64,000 nt of DNA, from assembly GCA_022605425.2 (NCBI GenBank), contig JAKIMF020000011.1, positions 434,001-498,000 on the forward strand, given 5' to 3'. The stretch's first letter is position 1. Each line of letters begins with the position of its first letter. Below are positions 15,681 through 30,487 of this stretch, piece by piece. The translations under genes were made by a program, and so were the position numbers. The notes under the pieces are model-generated. The model searched no databases. It was not told where the DNA came from and saw only the letters and a program-made list of their open reading frames with translations. This DNA is from Hamiltosporidium tvaerminnensis FI-OER-3-3 (lineage: Eukaryota; Fungi; Microsporidia).

Positions 15681-17009
15681 TTAAATCCTGAATTAAAATA
15701 TAAAAAGATCTTTAGGTAATTAATTATGGATTTGTTCTTTTTTATATTTTTTGTAGATTTCAACAGAATTTATTCCTCACGTATATTACAGAGCTTCAAA
15801 CGAATTCATCGATGTGCTAATAGCATACTCGTTTGAATTTTTACGCAAATAATTGCAAGAACTGAGTTTGGTTAGAAACTGGCTGATAAAGTTAAATTTC
15901 TATGTTTATTTTTGTCCAAAAGTATGTCATTGTAGAAAACAACACTCTATGTATTTAATAACCTTTCTTTGTGTATTAGATGAACTGGTATAAAGGAGAA
16001 ATAATCCTTTGTTACAATATGCATATTTCATATACACCCAATTGTCTTGTATTTGTCGATCGGTTTTACGAAAGAGATTTTGCTGAAAATGTTTGATTGT
16101 TCTCTGCTTTTGTAGAGACTTTTCTTTTTGGTCAAAGTATTTCATCATTTTCTTAAGAGAATCGTTACCGAACTTTTAACTCGAATGTTATTTTGCAAAG
16201 GGATAAGTAACTTTGATTTTTAGGAAATTTCATATGCGCTTTTAAATTAAATAGAAAAAATTAAAGTTTAGAAACAAAATATGAAACCAAATATTATTAT
16301 ATTGACATTCTAATTAAAGTTGCACTAATCAATTTTATAGTTGCTAGTCTATTAAAGAATATTTTATTTAAATTGATTCGGATCAGCTTATAAGATATTT
16401 CATATGAAAAAGGCACAAAACCTATCATCTTACGAGTCAAGGAAAATTTTATACTAGTAATACATTTTTGTACAAAAAAATGCAAGTGCAAACGATATAT
16501 TGTAATAATAGATTCAAAATAGGCTTCTAGAAGCCGAATTTTATTTTTTTAGAAAAAACTTATAAGATAATCCTAAAATCATGTATTAAGTAGTAAGTAT
16601 CATTTGTAACTTTTTATTTCAAGTACTTTTTTCTAATGTCTGGTTTATGGCAGATCGAACGTTTCTCCTTTATTTTAAAGGAACAATTTGGATATTAAAA
16701 AGGTTATTGCATGCTAACTGATATACACTTAAATTATACTTTTGGGCAGGAAGTATAAAAAGTGTCGTATGAAAATAGTCATTTTACTACTATAATATTT
16801 TATTATTGTAATTTTATTTGAAATATAATGTAACACGCCAAATATAAAAGTCAAATCCGAAACGAAATGCGAAATTAAAACGGCTTGAAATCTATATTGC
16901 ACTAACCTGTCTTACTACACATTCAAAAAACTAAAGATCGAGGCATTATCTGCAATAAGCTAAAAAAACATTTTTGTAAATTCTATAGGAAACTAAAACT
17001 TGCGCTATT

Positions 17010-17734
17010 AATCTTATATTTGAATATTTCCCATCTTTTTTAGAATAGTGGCAAGTCTTATATGTGTTTTCATGCCATTAACGCAGTTCTAGGTTTAACA
17101 TAAATAACTGCTACCCCAAAACTCCATCAGTAACCCCTGCGATACCTACGTCCCAAAGCCTTTCACCTACCAGGTGTGTAGCACCTAATTATTGGGCTAG
17201 GCAGTTGCCAGGAGTTCGTTAATGTCCGTTGCATGGAGTGTGATCGAAGGCCCCCCCTGAGCTCCCCCAAGACTATGCAGCATTCCCACTCACTCTACAC
17301 TTTCTTAACCATATAAACCTCTATCTAGAATATATTTCAGAGATTTACACGGGGTCTACCTAGGCAGTGCAATGTCATACGAACAGGTATAACCCGCTAT
17401 TTTAGCTCTTTCGGCTATAAATGGTTTTTATTTTTAAATCTCCCAGGTGCGTAGTCTTCTAACCCGAGTGAGCAAGGCTAGGCTTTCATGCTTTTACATT
17501 GGCCATTACCTACAAGTTTAGCTGCGGTCTGCAATCTGGTTACATAAAAAACTAAAAATAAATTTTTGGAAAAAGTTTCGCCATTTCATAGACCTTTTCC
17601 TTATACAAATCTCATAGATAATCGAGAACCTAGTATGGTTTTGTTCCCGTTAAAAATCCAAACAATGACCAAACACCAGTTTCACACACTAATTGGCAGC
17701 AAAAAGTTCTTTGTGTACTAATCCTCCCTCCACC
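17010..17734 (-). mobile_element. Family A retroposon copy
   Basis: Full-length homology to the 34.1-kb copy. TSD AAAA(C/T)TTGCGCTATT at 16995-17009 and 17735-17749 (14/15 match). Confidence 0.88.
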
Positions 17735-18319
17735 AAAATTTGCGCTATTTATGAATATTTTTAGCAAATATACGAACGCTTACTATTATATTAAGTCGAA
17801 ATACTAGAATCCAAGATATAATCTTTAATCATTCGTTTATGAAATTAAAAGCCAGATAAAATTATAGGGTTTAGAATCGCTAGGGGGTCTTCCTTAGAAG
17901 TTTGCATTTTTTCTGGTTCAAATCCAAAAGTGTGAGACGATTAAAAATGGAACATGTTCAAAAAAATCTGTAAAACACTATATTTATGTTTGAATGTTTT
18001 ATGCATCTGCGTTTTGTTAATGCATTAGATACAAAAAAGCTATAAAAAAACTGGTCTTTTACACAAATTTCAGAAAATGCATGACTTCTTTTAATATTTA
18101 TCAAACAAATAATTCTAGAGCTAAATGATTTGTATGTAAAAGCTAAAGAGAAACCATATCTGCAAAATTTACATGTTTTAAAAAAAAGTAATTCGATTTT
18201 GTAAATCTAATTCAAAATTACACTCTAGACCTTAGGATTGCTTTATTTTCTTAAAATTAGAAAGTCCGAGTGGCTAGTCTTTTAGCAAAACCTTGCCTTT
18301 AAATGTGCTCCTAACATAT

Positions 18320-18760
18320 TTTTTTCAGTACGCCATCGAAATTCATATATACAAAATTTAAGTAAGTTATCTCAGAAGTACCTGATACAAACTTAAGAAG
18401 CGGCACAAAGTTGAACCATTCTTAGTGCAACGGCGTGAGTTCGAAACGGAATTATACACTAAACGAGTTTGAAATTTGGGCAGGTTGATATCTCTTAAAG
18501 AAATAGAAGATTTATGTACGGTATACAACTTTTTAAAGCATCAAACAGGGTAATCTTGTTGTTATCAATATAGCGCAGATTATCGATTCAAGGATTCGTT
18601 ACACAAAGAAAGGTGTTTGTAGAAAATTCTTTAGCTTAGTCACGTTTACGAAAGCCGAAGTAGAGCAAAAATTTGCTGGTTTTTTTAATAATTTATTCAT
18701 TGAGCGATGAATTGGTTTTGCTACTTCAAGTCCTTTTTTATCCAATTTAAGAGGTTTTTT
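18320..18760 (-). mobile_element. Decayed Merlin/IS1595-like transposase remnant
   Basis: Across frameshifts, the motifs KLDKKGLEV, LYFGFRKRD, TLFDALKS, RTHAV, GTSE, IYEFRWR follow the Merlin order (GG.G..V.IDES, WVFG, SD.W..Y, HT..IE, EF.WR). Confidence 0.45.
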
Positions 18761-21224
18761 TTACTATTTATTTTATATGCAAAATGTGATAGAATATGGC
18801 TTTCTATCACTGATTTCTTAGCCCAAAACATTTTTTTATCATAATTTTTTTAGTTTTTATTAAAATGTCTAAAAAAGAAAAATTATCTAAATTTGTTTTG
18901 TGCGAAAAGACCTCGATAAGACTTGCAAGGAAATTTAAAAGAGCAAGCAAATGTTTTATTGGATATATATTTTAAAACGAGTTAACATTAAAAGTATTTA
19001 CAAATTTAATGAATTTTTTGTATTTCTGTTTATAACGAGGGTATAATTATAACAGAATTCTTAATCAAAATAGTATTTGATATAATGATTTCGTTATTAA
19101 CATGTACAGGTAAATTATTTCCACTGATTCTACTTTATTAAATAACAAAACTGTCAAAAAAATTGCTCGGCTCCTATTCTTTTTGTTTAATTTTGTTATA
19201 GATATGGTAATATGAACCCTTAAATTTTATAATTCATCTAGCAGAAATTAATTAAACTATGAAATAAAATAAAATTTGCATGATGATTACGGGTTTTATA
19301 TAAAAGTTTAGTTCTCAGATGTATATGTAAGAAAAGATGTTTCGCATACAATTTAATAGGGAACCACAACTTTCATCTAAAAGATATACAAAAGTTCATT
19401 TTTTAAAGGTCACGAAAAAGTTTAGAAATTTCGTTTTGGTTAAACAAAATAGATTTAAAATTTATACCATGTACAATAAATACATTATTCTCATTGAGCA
19501 CTGTTGTTGTGGATATATGATAATTGTAAGTTTCAGATTTTCCATGACGCAAATGTTTTCAGTTCAGAATTTATACTTATGTACTTTTGATTTAGTAACT
19601 ATTGCGGCATATTTAGAAAAATTGAATCAAAATTCTTCTATGTTATATATATTATTACAAATCTTCTACAGAACTATTGAAATTTGCACTATACTAAGCG
19701 TATATTTAGAATATATTAAGCAACTATAAATGTAAAAAAAACTAGTACAATCATTTGTAAAGATTATAAGAAACGAAACAAAAATGTTTTTTTAATTCGG
19801 TTCCATTTCAAATCCAGCAATAAATAATTTCTTAGGTTAAATATGACGTACGGGTCTAAATATAATGTTATATTTGGAGATTTTGGGATATTTATTTTTG
19901 TTGATTATGTTTCATGCATCAATTATGTTGTAATGCAAATGAGTGCACATTATAATTTCCGAAATACTTTTTATTTATACTTTATGATAAGTAGTATATG
20001 TGCTATTTCCTTATTTCTTTATAACTTTTATGTTCTAAAACAATCGGTATGTAGAAATTTTTAACTCACAAAAGCTCCAGTATCTACATTTTTCGTTTAT
20101 ATTTTTTTAACATAATCTTTATGTAAATATTCTATTATTTTCTACTTTTTTAGATGTTAAATAGATGTATGGGATAAATTTAGATTTTCTTTTTCGATCA
20201 TAAAGAAGGCATATTTGTTACTTTCGAATAATTTAATCCACTTTTTTAAGAATAATTACTATATTTAAATTGATACAATTTGTATTGTGAATAACGTTTA
20301 AGTAGGTACTTCATAAAACAATAACTCTAAAGTATAAGTTTTTTCTGCCATCCCTCACTGTCAGGACTTATTGTATACATAAAACTGCAAAAAAACTGCA
20401 ATAGAAATATTTTTAGAAGAGGAATAAATAAAAAGTATTAGGAATTGCACAATGTATTTCTGAGCAATATGGTTGCATAGTTAGAGGATTGCATAAACTA
20501 TGGAACTTTTGAGTTTGACTCTGGTTATTTTTCTAGTTTGAAATATAGTTATATTGTGCTTTGATATATATTAAGTTTTCAAAGTATTTTTGTTAGGTAT
20601 TATAAAAGTATTCCAAAAGTAAATTTGAGTTTATAAGTTAAACACAAATGATTTTCAATAAAAGTATTGCCACTTATGTGATTGCACCTATCAAACGCAT
20701 TTATTTTATATTTTTCGACCACATGGCTTTTAGAGCGATACGATTTACATGAAATAACTTTTTGAATGACCAAGAAAAACTTTTAACTATTTAATTTTTT
20801 GGGACATCATACCAACTATAATTATAAGAAAATAAATAAAAAAACTTATCGAATTAGAAAGGGTAAGAACTGGTGGATATTTTTTACGGCAAGAATGGTC
20901 TATTCGACTGTTTTTATAGGTACCAATCTTGATTTTAAAACGATAAATGCCTTGGAATTTATATAAGTGGAGTTAGATGCAAAAATTCTCACTACTTATG
21001 TATCTATTTCTTATAAAATAAGCAAAAGGCAAAAGTTTGGTAAATTAGTAAAAATCGAAGTTTAGAAAAATATAGATATTGCAAATAAATTATAATATTA
21101 TCGCACCAAAGACAGCGGCTGAATTCTTTATGTTTCAAAAGTAAACTTACTTATTATTTTAATTCAAATATATACAATTACCAATAAGCTCTTTTGTTTT
21201 ATGTTTAGTAAAATCAATAATTTT

Positions 21225-21457
21225 TTCCGCACCATGCTAGAAGCAGAATTGGCTTGGATTTTGTCGGCTTGTCGTAAGATGCGACTATAAAAGACATGGC
21301 TCGGGTTTGAGGTTGAGCGTAGGGTGGAGCACCACCTTTTTAGCACCACCTTGTTACATAATTCGAAAAAATAAATTATCCTGCTGAAAAAGGACCGGTG
21401 GGTGGTATTTCTAGGGTCCGCCAGGGCTCCTGCAGGGTTATAATACGAGAATGAGGT
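21225..21457 (+). mobile_element. Family B SINE, older copy
   Basis: CACCATGC..AGCAGAATTGGCTTGGA..GCTTGTCGTAAGATGCGACTA is collinear with the 14.5-kb copy. Degenerate 17-bp TSD at 21208-21224 and 21458-21474 (14/17 match). Confidence 0.8.
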
Positions 21458-23044
21458 GTAAGATTAATAATCTTATACGTTATAAAACAAATTATCTGAA
21501 TTCGAAATTGTTAGCAATCTAAAAAAATATTTTTGTGTGCCTAATTTCATGTTTTATATTGTATTAAAACGTATTTAGTACGTTTATTAGTATTTTTATC
21601 GATTCAGAACGGTGTCAAAAAATAAACCTTTAGGAATATGCAATAGAAAAACCGATTTAAAACTTGCAAAAATCGAAAAATCACATTTTCAATAGTAAGA
21701 ATATATAGATAATTTACGAGGAGACAGGTGCGATCTTGGTTTCTAGAGTCTAAATCTCTGAATTTAGAAGGTTTGTTAGGACGACTGTTAGTTCGTCTCA
21801 AAGATAAACAGACTGCCACAATAAGATAGCGAAACGAATTCCTTAATGTATTTTCATTTTAGAAGAAGGAGCGAGTTAAACAGCAATTACAACCCTATTT
21901 TTTGACTAGCACGGTTTTATTAACATATGATTGAAATTAAAATTTTTACACATAATTTCAAATAAATGAAAGGTTATTTAAACGAGTTAATATAATTTGT
22001 TCTGCAAGGCGTTTTCCTGAGCCCTTAAAAAATTTGATTTTATAATAAATTTACATAGATAATAAAATAGTAAATGTCTGTTTTTTTAAATCAAAATGTT
22101 TAATCTAGACATAACTTAGATGGTCTATTTAAATTCATAATGGAACTAGTGGATTTAGGATATAATTCTTTTTCATTTTTTAGTCTGTGGAAACAAAATA
22201 TTTCATACGTTGACTAAATACTATTATAATAAAATTAAATATTTGCAAGATACATGCTTTGATTTTAAGTAGCCTATTTGAATAAAAAAAGAAAAAAATA
22301 ATTGTGAGTGTTTTTCCTATGTGAATACAATTTAATATTCTTGAAATTTTAATTAATTATGTATACCTAGATATTTGCGAAGTAAAATATTTCGGTATTC
22401 ACTCTAAAATTTTCTAAAAAAAGAATTCATATGCTTTTTTTGAAATTTTTGTAAGAACATGTTTGTATTAATTACCGTCTAAACAGTAATATTCTTTCGA
22501 AGAGCGTTTTTTTTTCATATGGATCTAACAAACAAGTTACTAGAAATAAGCATCTATGAATATGAAATAGCATAAATAACATGTAATTTAAATGATTCAT
22601 AATAGAACTTTGAAGGTCTCGAATTACAAAATTAATAATTTTTTTAAATAAACTAGAGTTTTGTATGTGCTAAAATATAACCTACGCTTTGTGATATCTA
22701 TGTTGATTTGGTTTGAACTATGTCTAAACTATTGAATATGTTTTAAAAATAATATTTTATTAATTATGATTGAATAGTTGCATAAATAAACAATTTAAAA
22801 ATCACTTTGATTAAATTTATATAACAAAAAACATTCTGGCCAAGATCATATCAAAGATATTAATGATGAATGGTTTTTACCTTAAGACGATACCTTGCAG
22901 AAACCATGAGTATCTGAAACTGGATAATCAAGATTTCTGATATTATTATGTTTTACGTGATTATGAATTTATCGAAAGCTTCTGTCAAAAAAATAAAAGG
23001 GTTTGTATTTGTATTTAAGCATAGATAAAGAGAAATTTAATATA

Positions 23045-23783
23045 AAAAATAAATAATCTTTATTTAAAAGTATCACATCTTCTTAAAATAGTTGCAAGTT
23101 TATATCTGTTTTCATGACATCAGCGCAGTTCTCAATTTATTAAATTAATTACTACCTCCCGCTCCACGAATACCCCCTTCGATACCTACATCCAGAGCTT
23201 TACATCTACTTGATGTGTAGAACCGAATTACTAGGCGAGGCAGTATCCCGGTGTTCTTTAATGTCCGTTGCATAGAGTGTAATAGAAAGCCTAAGGCCTT
23301 CCTAGGCTCACCCAAGACTAGTCAGCATTCTCACTTACTCTACCCTTTCTGGACCCAATAAACTTCTAGCTAAGATATATTTCAGAGACTTACATGGGGT
23401 CCACCTAGACAGTGCAATGTCCTACCAACAAATATAACCTGCTACTTGGCTCTCCTGTATTATAATGGTCAGTTTTTTTATATCTCCCAGGTGCTTAGTC
23501 TTCTAACTCGAGTGAACAAAGCTAGTTTTTATGCTTTTACATGGCAAATGCCTAGATGCTCAGCTGCGGTCTGCAATCGAGTGTATAAAAAACTACAAAT
23601 AAATTTTCAGAAAAGTTTCGCCATTTCTTAGATCTCTCCTCCTCATAACAACTCCCAAGAAAACAGAAAATGTAGTGTGGGTTTTATTCCCACAATTAAT
23701 ACAAAAAATTTTCTTATCATCAGTTTCGACCACTCATTGCTAAGCTGAAAGTGTTTTATGTGATTATTCCTTCTTCCACTTAT
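23045..23783 (-). mobile_element. Family A retroposon copy
   Basis: Full-length homology. Probable TSD GAAATT(T/C)AATATA at 23032-23044 and 23784-23796. Confidence 0.85.
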
Positions 23784-23809
23784 GAAATTCAATATATAAG
23801 AGTAATTAA

Positions 23810-24772
23810 TTTTAAACAATATTACATGTCAAAAGAGAGGTATATTTTTGTTTATTTACCTACCTTTACGCAATTTTATGCTTCATGTAGAGTACTTTGC
23901 AAAAACGAGATTAATTCTAATGGAAAAGCAAGATAAATAAGTGATTTTGTATTAGGAATAAAAATTTTATTTGATCATTGGGTTTTGAAGGTAAAAGATT
24001 TCCCATAAGTTCAATAGAATGTCGAACTCCAGCTAAAAGCTGATCATAGGCTAATGGCTCTTCTACTAATTTTTTATCACATGAGCCGATTCGACGTAAA
24101 GAGCATGATATATCTAAGTGACTTATATATGTTCAACGTGGACGGAGTTTACCATATCAACAATTTTAACTTGCTCTTTTTGTATGCCTATATATAATAA
24201 ACTACGTTTTTCATGTCCTCCGGGCGCTAAATTCTCTTACTGTTTACAAGACAAAATTCCCTGGCTTTAGCATAGATCAAACCGGAAAATTAGCAATGAA
24301 TTACGATCTAGTTATATGAAATTGCAGACATGATTCTCAGAAAGTTTTTTTCATTATATGATTATTTTACTTTCTAGAAATTTCTATATAAAGACTTAGA
24401 ATGCTGTATGCTTTTATTTTGACATAACTCGGACGAGTTTAACATAAGTTGATCAATCGTAGCCAGCAAATGTTTTTTATGTGTTTTCTCTTAAAATTAC
24501 ATATAATTAAAAAAAGATTTATAATTTTTAAATAAGTGAACTGTTTGAAAGAAGACACTTACTTATACCTGTCTTCTTTTACCTCTCGGTGTCAAGAATG
24601 ACAAAAAAAATTTCAATTTGTTTCTTTTAATAGGCATAACTCAAAAATATAAGGGATTGGTCTATATATTAAGCGTGTTTATATCCTATCGAAAGCTCAA
24701 CAATGGTTTTCAAATCATTCTAGACACCAATTGCTCCACTGTTGGTTTTTAATGGTTTAATCCTCCCTCCAT
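23810..24772 (-). mobile_element. Family A, old long variant
   Basis: GATATATCTAAGTGACTTATATATGTTCA and terminal AATCCTCCCTCCA match family A. Carries an extra segment containing CTCTCGGTGTCAAGAA. Confidence 0.6.
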
Positions 24773-25854
24773 CAGAAAAAAACATAATATTAAGTATAAA
24801 TTTCGCCATGATAGATGTTGTTTGTTGCATTAAAATAAATATCATAGAGATTTTGGTTATTTTTACTGGGTATTTATCCACAAAATATTTTTGAAGTAAG
24901 AAAAAATCAAGAGTTTTTTTAGGTTAGTGAAACATAAAAGCTTGTATTTGTTTTGATAAAGTTTTTAAATATATTCTTTTCGTCTATGTTCAAATAGAAT
25001 ATATTATGTTCTGAAAAAACCTTTAAATTTGAGATTTTTCATTAATAAGGCAAGAAAAATGTCTGCTTAAATTTGCAGATTGCATGTAGCGTTTTGAAGT
25101 TAAAAATAGACTTGAAAAATTATATATTTCAGAAGATTTTATATTCTCAATTACCAATTTTCTAATAAAATTCAAACTAAATAACGCATGACTTACAAAT
25201 TTTTCGTTTATTTTAGTCTTTTTTAAATAAATAAAACCATTACGAAATAATTTATGGTAAGAAACAAGTTTATAAAAATACTGTGATATGATGCATATAA
25301 ATAAGAATTTGCAATATAAGCCATTTTATAGACATACTCAATTATTAAAAATGAATAGGTATATACTTTTTCTATTTTCTTAGTTTAGAACATGTGCATT
25401 TGTAATTTTAAAAAGCCCAACTACCAAAAAAATGCTATTTTACATATTTTAAACATCTTATATTGTAATTTTTAGTTGGTTTGAATTCTATCAAGGGAAA
25501 ATTCTTCCATCTTCGTATAAATTTTTCTATATTACCGAATCATATTGTTTGTATTGCAATATAAGCTAATAAAAAATTCTATGCTTCCGAATTTATCGAT
25601 TTATTGATAATTTGGGAAGCATATAATGAAATATGTTTGGAATACATGTATTAAAATAAAATGGTTACAACATTATTAAGAAAGATTTTTTAATTTTCTA
25701 ATTTAGCTGAATAGATTCTTTATCAAAATTTTACTACAATCTCCAATCAATATGGTGTTTTTATTGCTAAACCTATCTATAACTTGGTTTTTAGTTCTAC
25801 TAAAATTTTTAAATCTACACCATGCAGAATAGAATCCATTATAAAAATTATTGA

Positions 25855-26300
25855 GTTGAGAAAGAATAACCACATTAAAGACTATTCAGTTAGCAACTAG
25901 AAAGTAGAATTAGTTGGAAAATCTTATTGTTATTTTTGTGGGATAATACTTTTTTGTATCTATAAGCACTTCCTATAATTCGATTTTATCGATTAAAACA
26001 AACGATAAAAGTTTCTATTCGATTATTCTCGACACTAGGTGGTAAAAAGGAATGGAAAGGTATGCATATAAGAACAAATAATAAAGAAGTTGTCACATTA
26101 ATTGACTTTATCTTTTATAGACATAAATGTTACGGATATTTTCACCTTTAGATTTATATTTCAGAATGTTTTGCCGGGGAAAATCGATTTAAAATTGATT
26201 GTCGATAAATTTATCAAAATAAAAAATATTTACATTAATAGGTTGCTGTTTTTTAGCATAAAAACATAGTTTGGGATAATAAAACTTGCACTACCAAACA
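25855..26300 (+). mobile_element. Family A long variant, 5' part
   Basis: GAATAACCACATTAAA..TTTTTGTGGGATAA..TCTCGACACTAGGTGG is collinear with the 9.1-kb copy. 3' extent unclear. Confidence 0.5.
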
Positions 26301-28099
26301 ATTAAATTTTTTATTATTATATGAGTCTTATATGTGGTATTTTCTATGATGTTACGGTTATATTCGGTAAAATCAAGCTTTTTTAGCTTTAAATTAATAC
26401 ATATAATGCATTTATATAATCTAAATCAAAAAAAAATGCAAATTGTAAATCGATATTTTTATTGAATTGTTGTTATTCTTATTCTTTTATATAAGTCTCC
26501 TGTATTGGACATCATTATAGTTATGTAATAAATTTGGCTTCACACTTCAAATTTTAAAAATTGGGGTACCTCATCTGGTTTTGATTAGCCCAATGAATTT
26601 TATGTATAGGATTGTATCCTTCTAAAGAAGTCATTAGATGTGTATAGATATATACCAATAAGCTTTTAAAATATTGTTTTTTTTCTAGCTTCTAAATCTA
26701 TAAGTTTCTTATAGAAGTTCGAGCTTTAATACTTTAACAATTAACTTCGTGCGTAAATCAAAATTAACAGATAAACTGCAATCTAAAACAATTTTTTTTA
26801 GTCCATTTTGATTCTATGCAGCTTTTTTAACCTACTTTTCTGGAAGTGCTTCTTCTGTATAAAGCAACAATCTTAAAGATGCGTTTGCATGCAATTTTGT
26901 CTTATTTATTATTTTCTTGCGTTTATTTAAGAGCGATTTCTGATGATGATCTTATTTCTAGCATGTTAAGTTTTATTGAAAAGTTAATTATGAATCGCTT
27001 GTATTTGAATTTAAATCTTTTCAGAAATATTTGCTAGAATAGTTCATAGATTTTCAAATTCGTATATTTTCTGTTCTATTTAACATTGGAGGTTGCTAAT
27101 GGATTTATTTATATTAAAAAGATTATATAAACGAGTCTATACTTCGAAATAATCAATAGTTTATCTTCTTTTTCTATAAATAGATGCTAGGAAATGGCAT
27201 TTTTTAGTTTATGAATGTGTTATTGTGTCGTATTTTATATTAAAATCTACTAATATATAATTTTTGTTCAAAAAACTATGTTTTATTCAAAAAAATAAAC
27301 ATATGTTGGATTTTTTAAAAAAATATTTTTCCTCATTATTAATTTGGGAACGTGTTAAAAGACTATATATTGAATTTAATATATAATATCTATAAAGACC
27401 ACTTTACAATTGATAACATGTGATAATTTCGATGTTAAGGCAAATTATGAATGATTGTTTGTTACAAATACAACCACAAAAGAAATTCCACAATTAGAAA
27501 AAGTAGGCTAATTATTTATTTATTCTACTTATCAATAATAGAATAGTAAATTCTTTTTCTTTTGTACCTATCATTGCTTTGTTTTTTCTGTTTAGATTTT
27601 TATTTTTTGCAAAAAATCTGGATTTTTTTAAACAGAATAATTTACAAAATTTCCTATTTTTGGTCTTATTTTTTGACACTATTCGAGTTTTCAGGATATG
27701 TTACAAAAAAGATATATGTTGATATATAATTGTATTATAAGAAAAAGATGGGGGCTATTGAGATGGTGTTAGCATTAATATATTTATCCTTTTTTCCGCC
27801 TTTTTAAAAAATTATTAGGTATAGAATTCTAACTTAAAACTATATTCCTTGTTTTGCATCACATTTATTTTTGATTTAATTTTTTGAAATGTTCTATTCA
27901 ATTACTATAAATAAAAAATTTAAAAAGTATTATTGGTTGGAATGTGCGTTAATCAATTGATGACAGTAAAAAATTTTTATACAAATATGTTTTTCAAATT
28001 TACTTTTAAAACAGAAAATCGAAGCAATAAACATTCGCTAAAAATTATATTGACATAATAAAATTAAATTTTTTTAAATTTCGTATTAAATTCTTTTTG

Positions 28100-30487
28100 T
28101 TAAAAACCAAGAAAAGAGTAACTAAATTTATTTGCCAAATTTTATATCTTTAAATAATTTGGGGAAACCAAGAATATCATCAAGCAGATTTAAAGTTAAC
28201 ATGTTTTTATAGAAATGTACAGTTATCTTCATTATCTTTATGCCCTTCTACAGATTTGACAATCACTGTATCTTTCGTTATTTTTTGTATTAGAATTCTT
28301 AATTTTATACTTGTAGGTAGCGAAATAGGAAAATTGTCTTATCAAGAAAAGTGTTTCTTATAATTCTTACATTTCATATATTGAGATTTATCAAAGAAAA
28401 AAATGTTTTGAGAATTAATGTCTATAAAATTAAACTCGTTTCCAATGTTTATAAAGTTTCTAGAGTAGAAACTAATGGGGTGTTTTCCAATATTGAAAGA
28501 CTGCCACCTTTTATTTCATTTAAAGATAAATCGAAAATTTTCATCATTTCAAACCGACTTAATATACTCAAATTTGTTTTTCTTACTAAATTGCTACGTA
28601 AATACAATTTCGTTAAATTTAGAGGAAAATATTCTGTCTTTGGAAAATCAAGATATTTGATATTGCAAAAAGAAATATCTATATTTTCCATACTTTTAAA
28701 ATATATAAAAGTAACACCCGGTTTCTGTTAATTATTTCTGCCTAATACTAATATTTTTTTGTTTTTCCTCAAATTAGAGTTTACGAATACATTTAAGTCC
28801 GAATCATTCAAGTTTGTTTATATCAAGTTGAATTCACATATAGATGCTTATTCGAATATTTGTTTTAACTCCCGAGGCAATATTTTGTTTTGTCCTACTT
28901 TCAAACTTTTAAGAGTAAAATTTGAATTTCTATAAAACATATGTCGAAAATAAAAACTTTCTCGATGAGCTCTTGATACATATAATTCTTTAACATTCAT
29001 AGTGCTATTTAATAGCTTAAGGATTATATCTTCAAAGGGAATGCCGACTATATATGTACTGTAATCGGTTAAAATTTGAAGCTCTGAACCTATATTTATA
29101 TGCAAAGTTTAAATATGATTCCCATAGGTTCAATTTCTCTAGGTTTCGAAACAATAATATTGTGTTAAAATCTTCACTCTAAAGAAAACTATTTGTAAGC
29201 TCTAGCTCCGTAAGTTTAAATATGAAGTTATAATATTTCAAGCATGCAAATTTTTCTTTTAAAGGAAGGAATCACTACAAATAATCGTATTTAATTTTTT
29301 TAAATTTGTGATTTTTCTAATATTATTCTGTGTAGTTTTAGATCTGGAATAAACAAAATATTTTAGATGTATCTATAACTTTTTTTAAAAAATCAATATA
29401 TTTACTCCTAATTCTGATAAAATAATTGTCCTATTATGCATGTTTTTAAATTTCAACAATAAAAATATATTAATTTTTGTTATTATTGTGCCGAAAATCT
29501 ATAGTATTCGAATCTTATCTATTCCTTTGCCATCTATTATATATGAAATAACCTTATAAATACCTCTTTCCTCTAAAACCAATACTTCTAATATAAACAT
29601 ATCTTTTAAATTATTAAATAGGCCGGACCTTTGTGAATCTATTTTTCAGCCAATATTGTTATCTTTTCCTTTCTACGAAAAATATATTGAATCTTAAAAA
29701 ACTTATGAATGTTATATTTCTAGCGTTTTTTAGAATTAAATCCCAACAGGTTCCATCAAGAGTAAGCTATCATTGCCAATATATACATTTGAATTTTCTC
29801 ATACAAACTTGTTTACGATGTTAGAATCATTACTGTTTTCCGTAATTATATTGTTTATAACAGCTATGGATAATAAAAAGGTTAAAAAAATGAGAAGATG
29901 ATTTGTAATATTATTTACAACCAGATTCTTTTTGAAAATTAAATTGATTCGGTACGTGTATCTGATAATATAAAAGATTCTTAAAAGATTCAAATAGAAA
30001 AAGATATTTGAATAGCATCTTAGATTAAAAAATGGTCTAACAATTTTAAAATATCTATAAAAGTTTTTGCAAAAATCAATTTTATATAAGGTTTTATTGA
30101 CAAAAACAATCTAAAAATGTATAAATTATTAAAACTTAATATTTTTCCTAAGTAAAAAAGTTGTTTGAGTTTCTCCGAATTAAAATGGTTGCTTAAAGCC
30201 TCATAATTACTTTCTAAATACACCGGAATTTTAAACCTAAAAATATTTAAATTTTTATATTTGATTTCTTTAAAACATAAATTTTGATCTATGAATATGT
30301 GTCGTTTTTCGTTACTTTTATCATAAACACTAAAAAAATTATTATTAATGTTAAAAATACCTACGATAGTCTCTACATATTCGTTTTTATTAAAATAAAT
30401 AGCATTCTTCAAATTTTTATCCATAAATGAAACATATAATTTATGATTGAATCTGAGCAAAGAAAAAAACAAAAAAATAGTTTTCAT
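28100..30487 (-). pseudogene. Fragmented leucine-rich-repeat protein gene with signal-peptide-like start
   Basis: Collinear minus-strand fragments: 30020-30487 (MKTIFLFFSLL), 29799-29993, 28848-29105 (VKELYVS, LKSLKV), 28449-28691 (IDISFCNI, LTKLYLRSN, FDLSLNEI). 3' boundary approximate. Confidence 0.7.

Noticed and set aside
17455-17470. CTAACCC as a telomerase RNA template
   Set aside because: Barely more than one repeat, not conserved across copies, and on the presumed antisense strand.
228-27037. Many 60-130 aa ORFs, plus antisense ORFs over SmD2, the RT, the Exo84-like gene and UPF2
   Set aside because: F/I/L/K-rich chance ORFs or shadow frames with no recognisable motifs, many starting at non-ATG codons.
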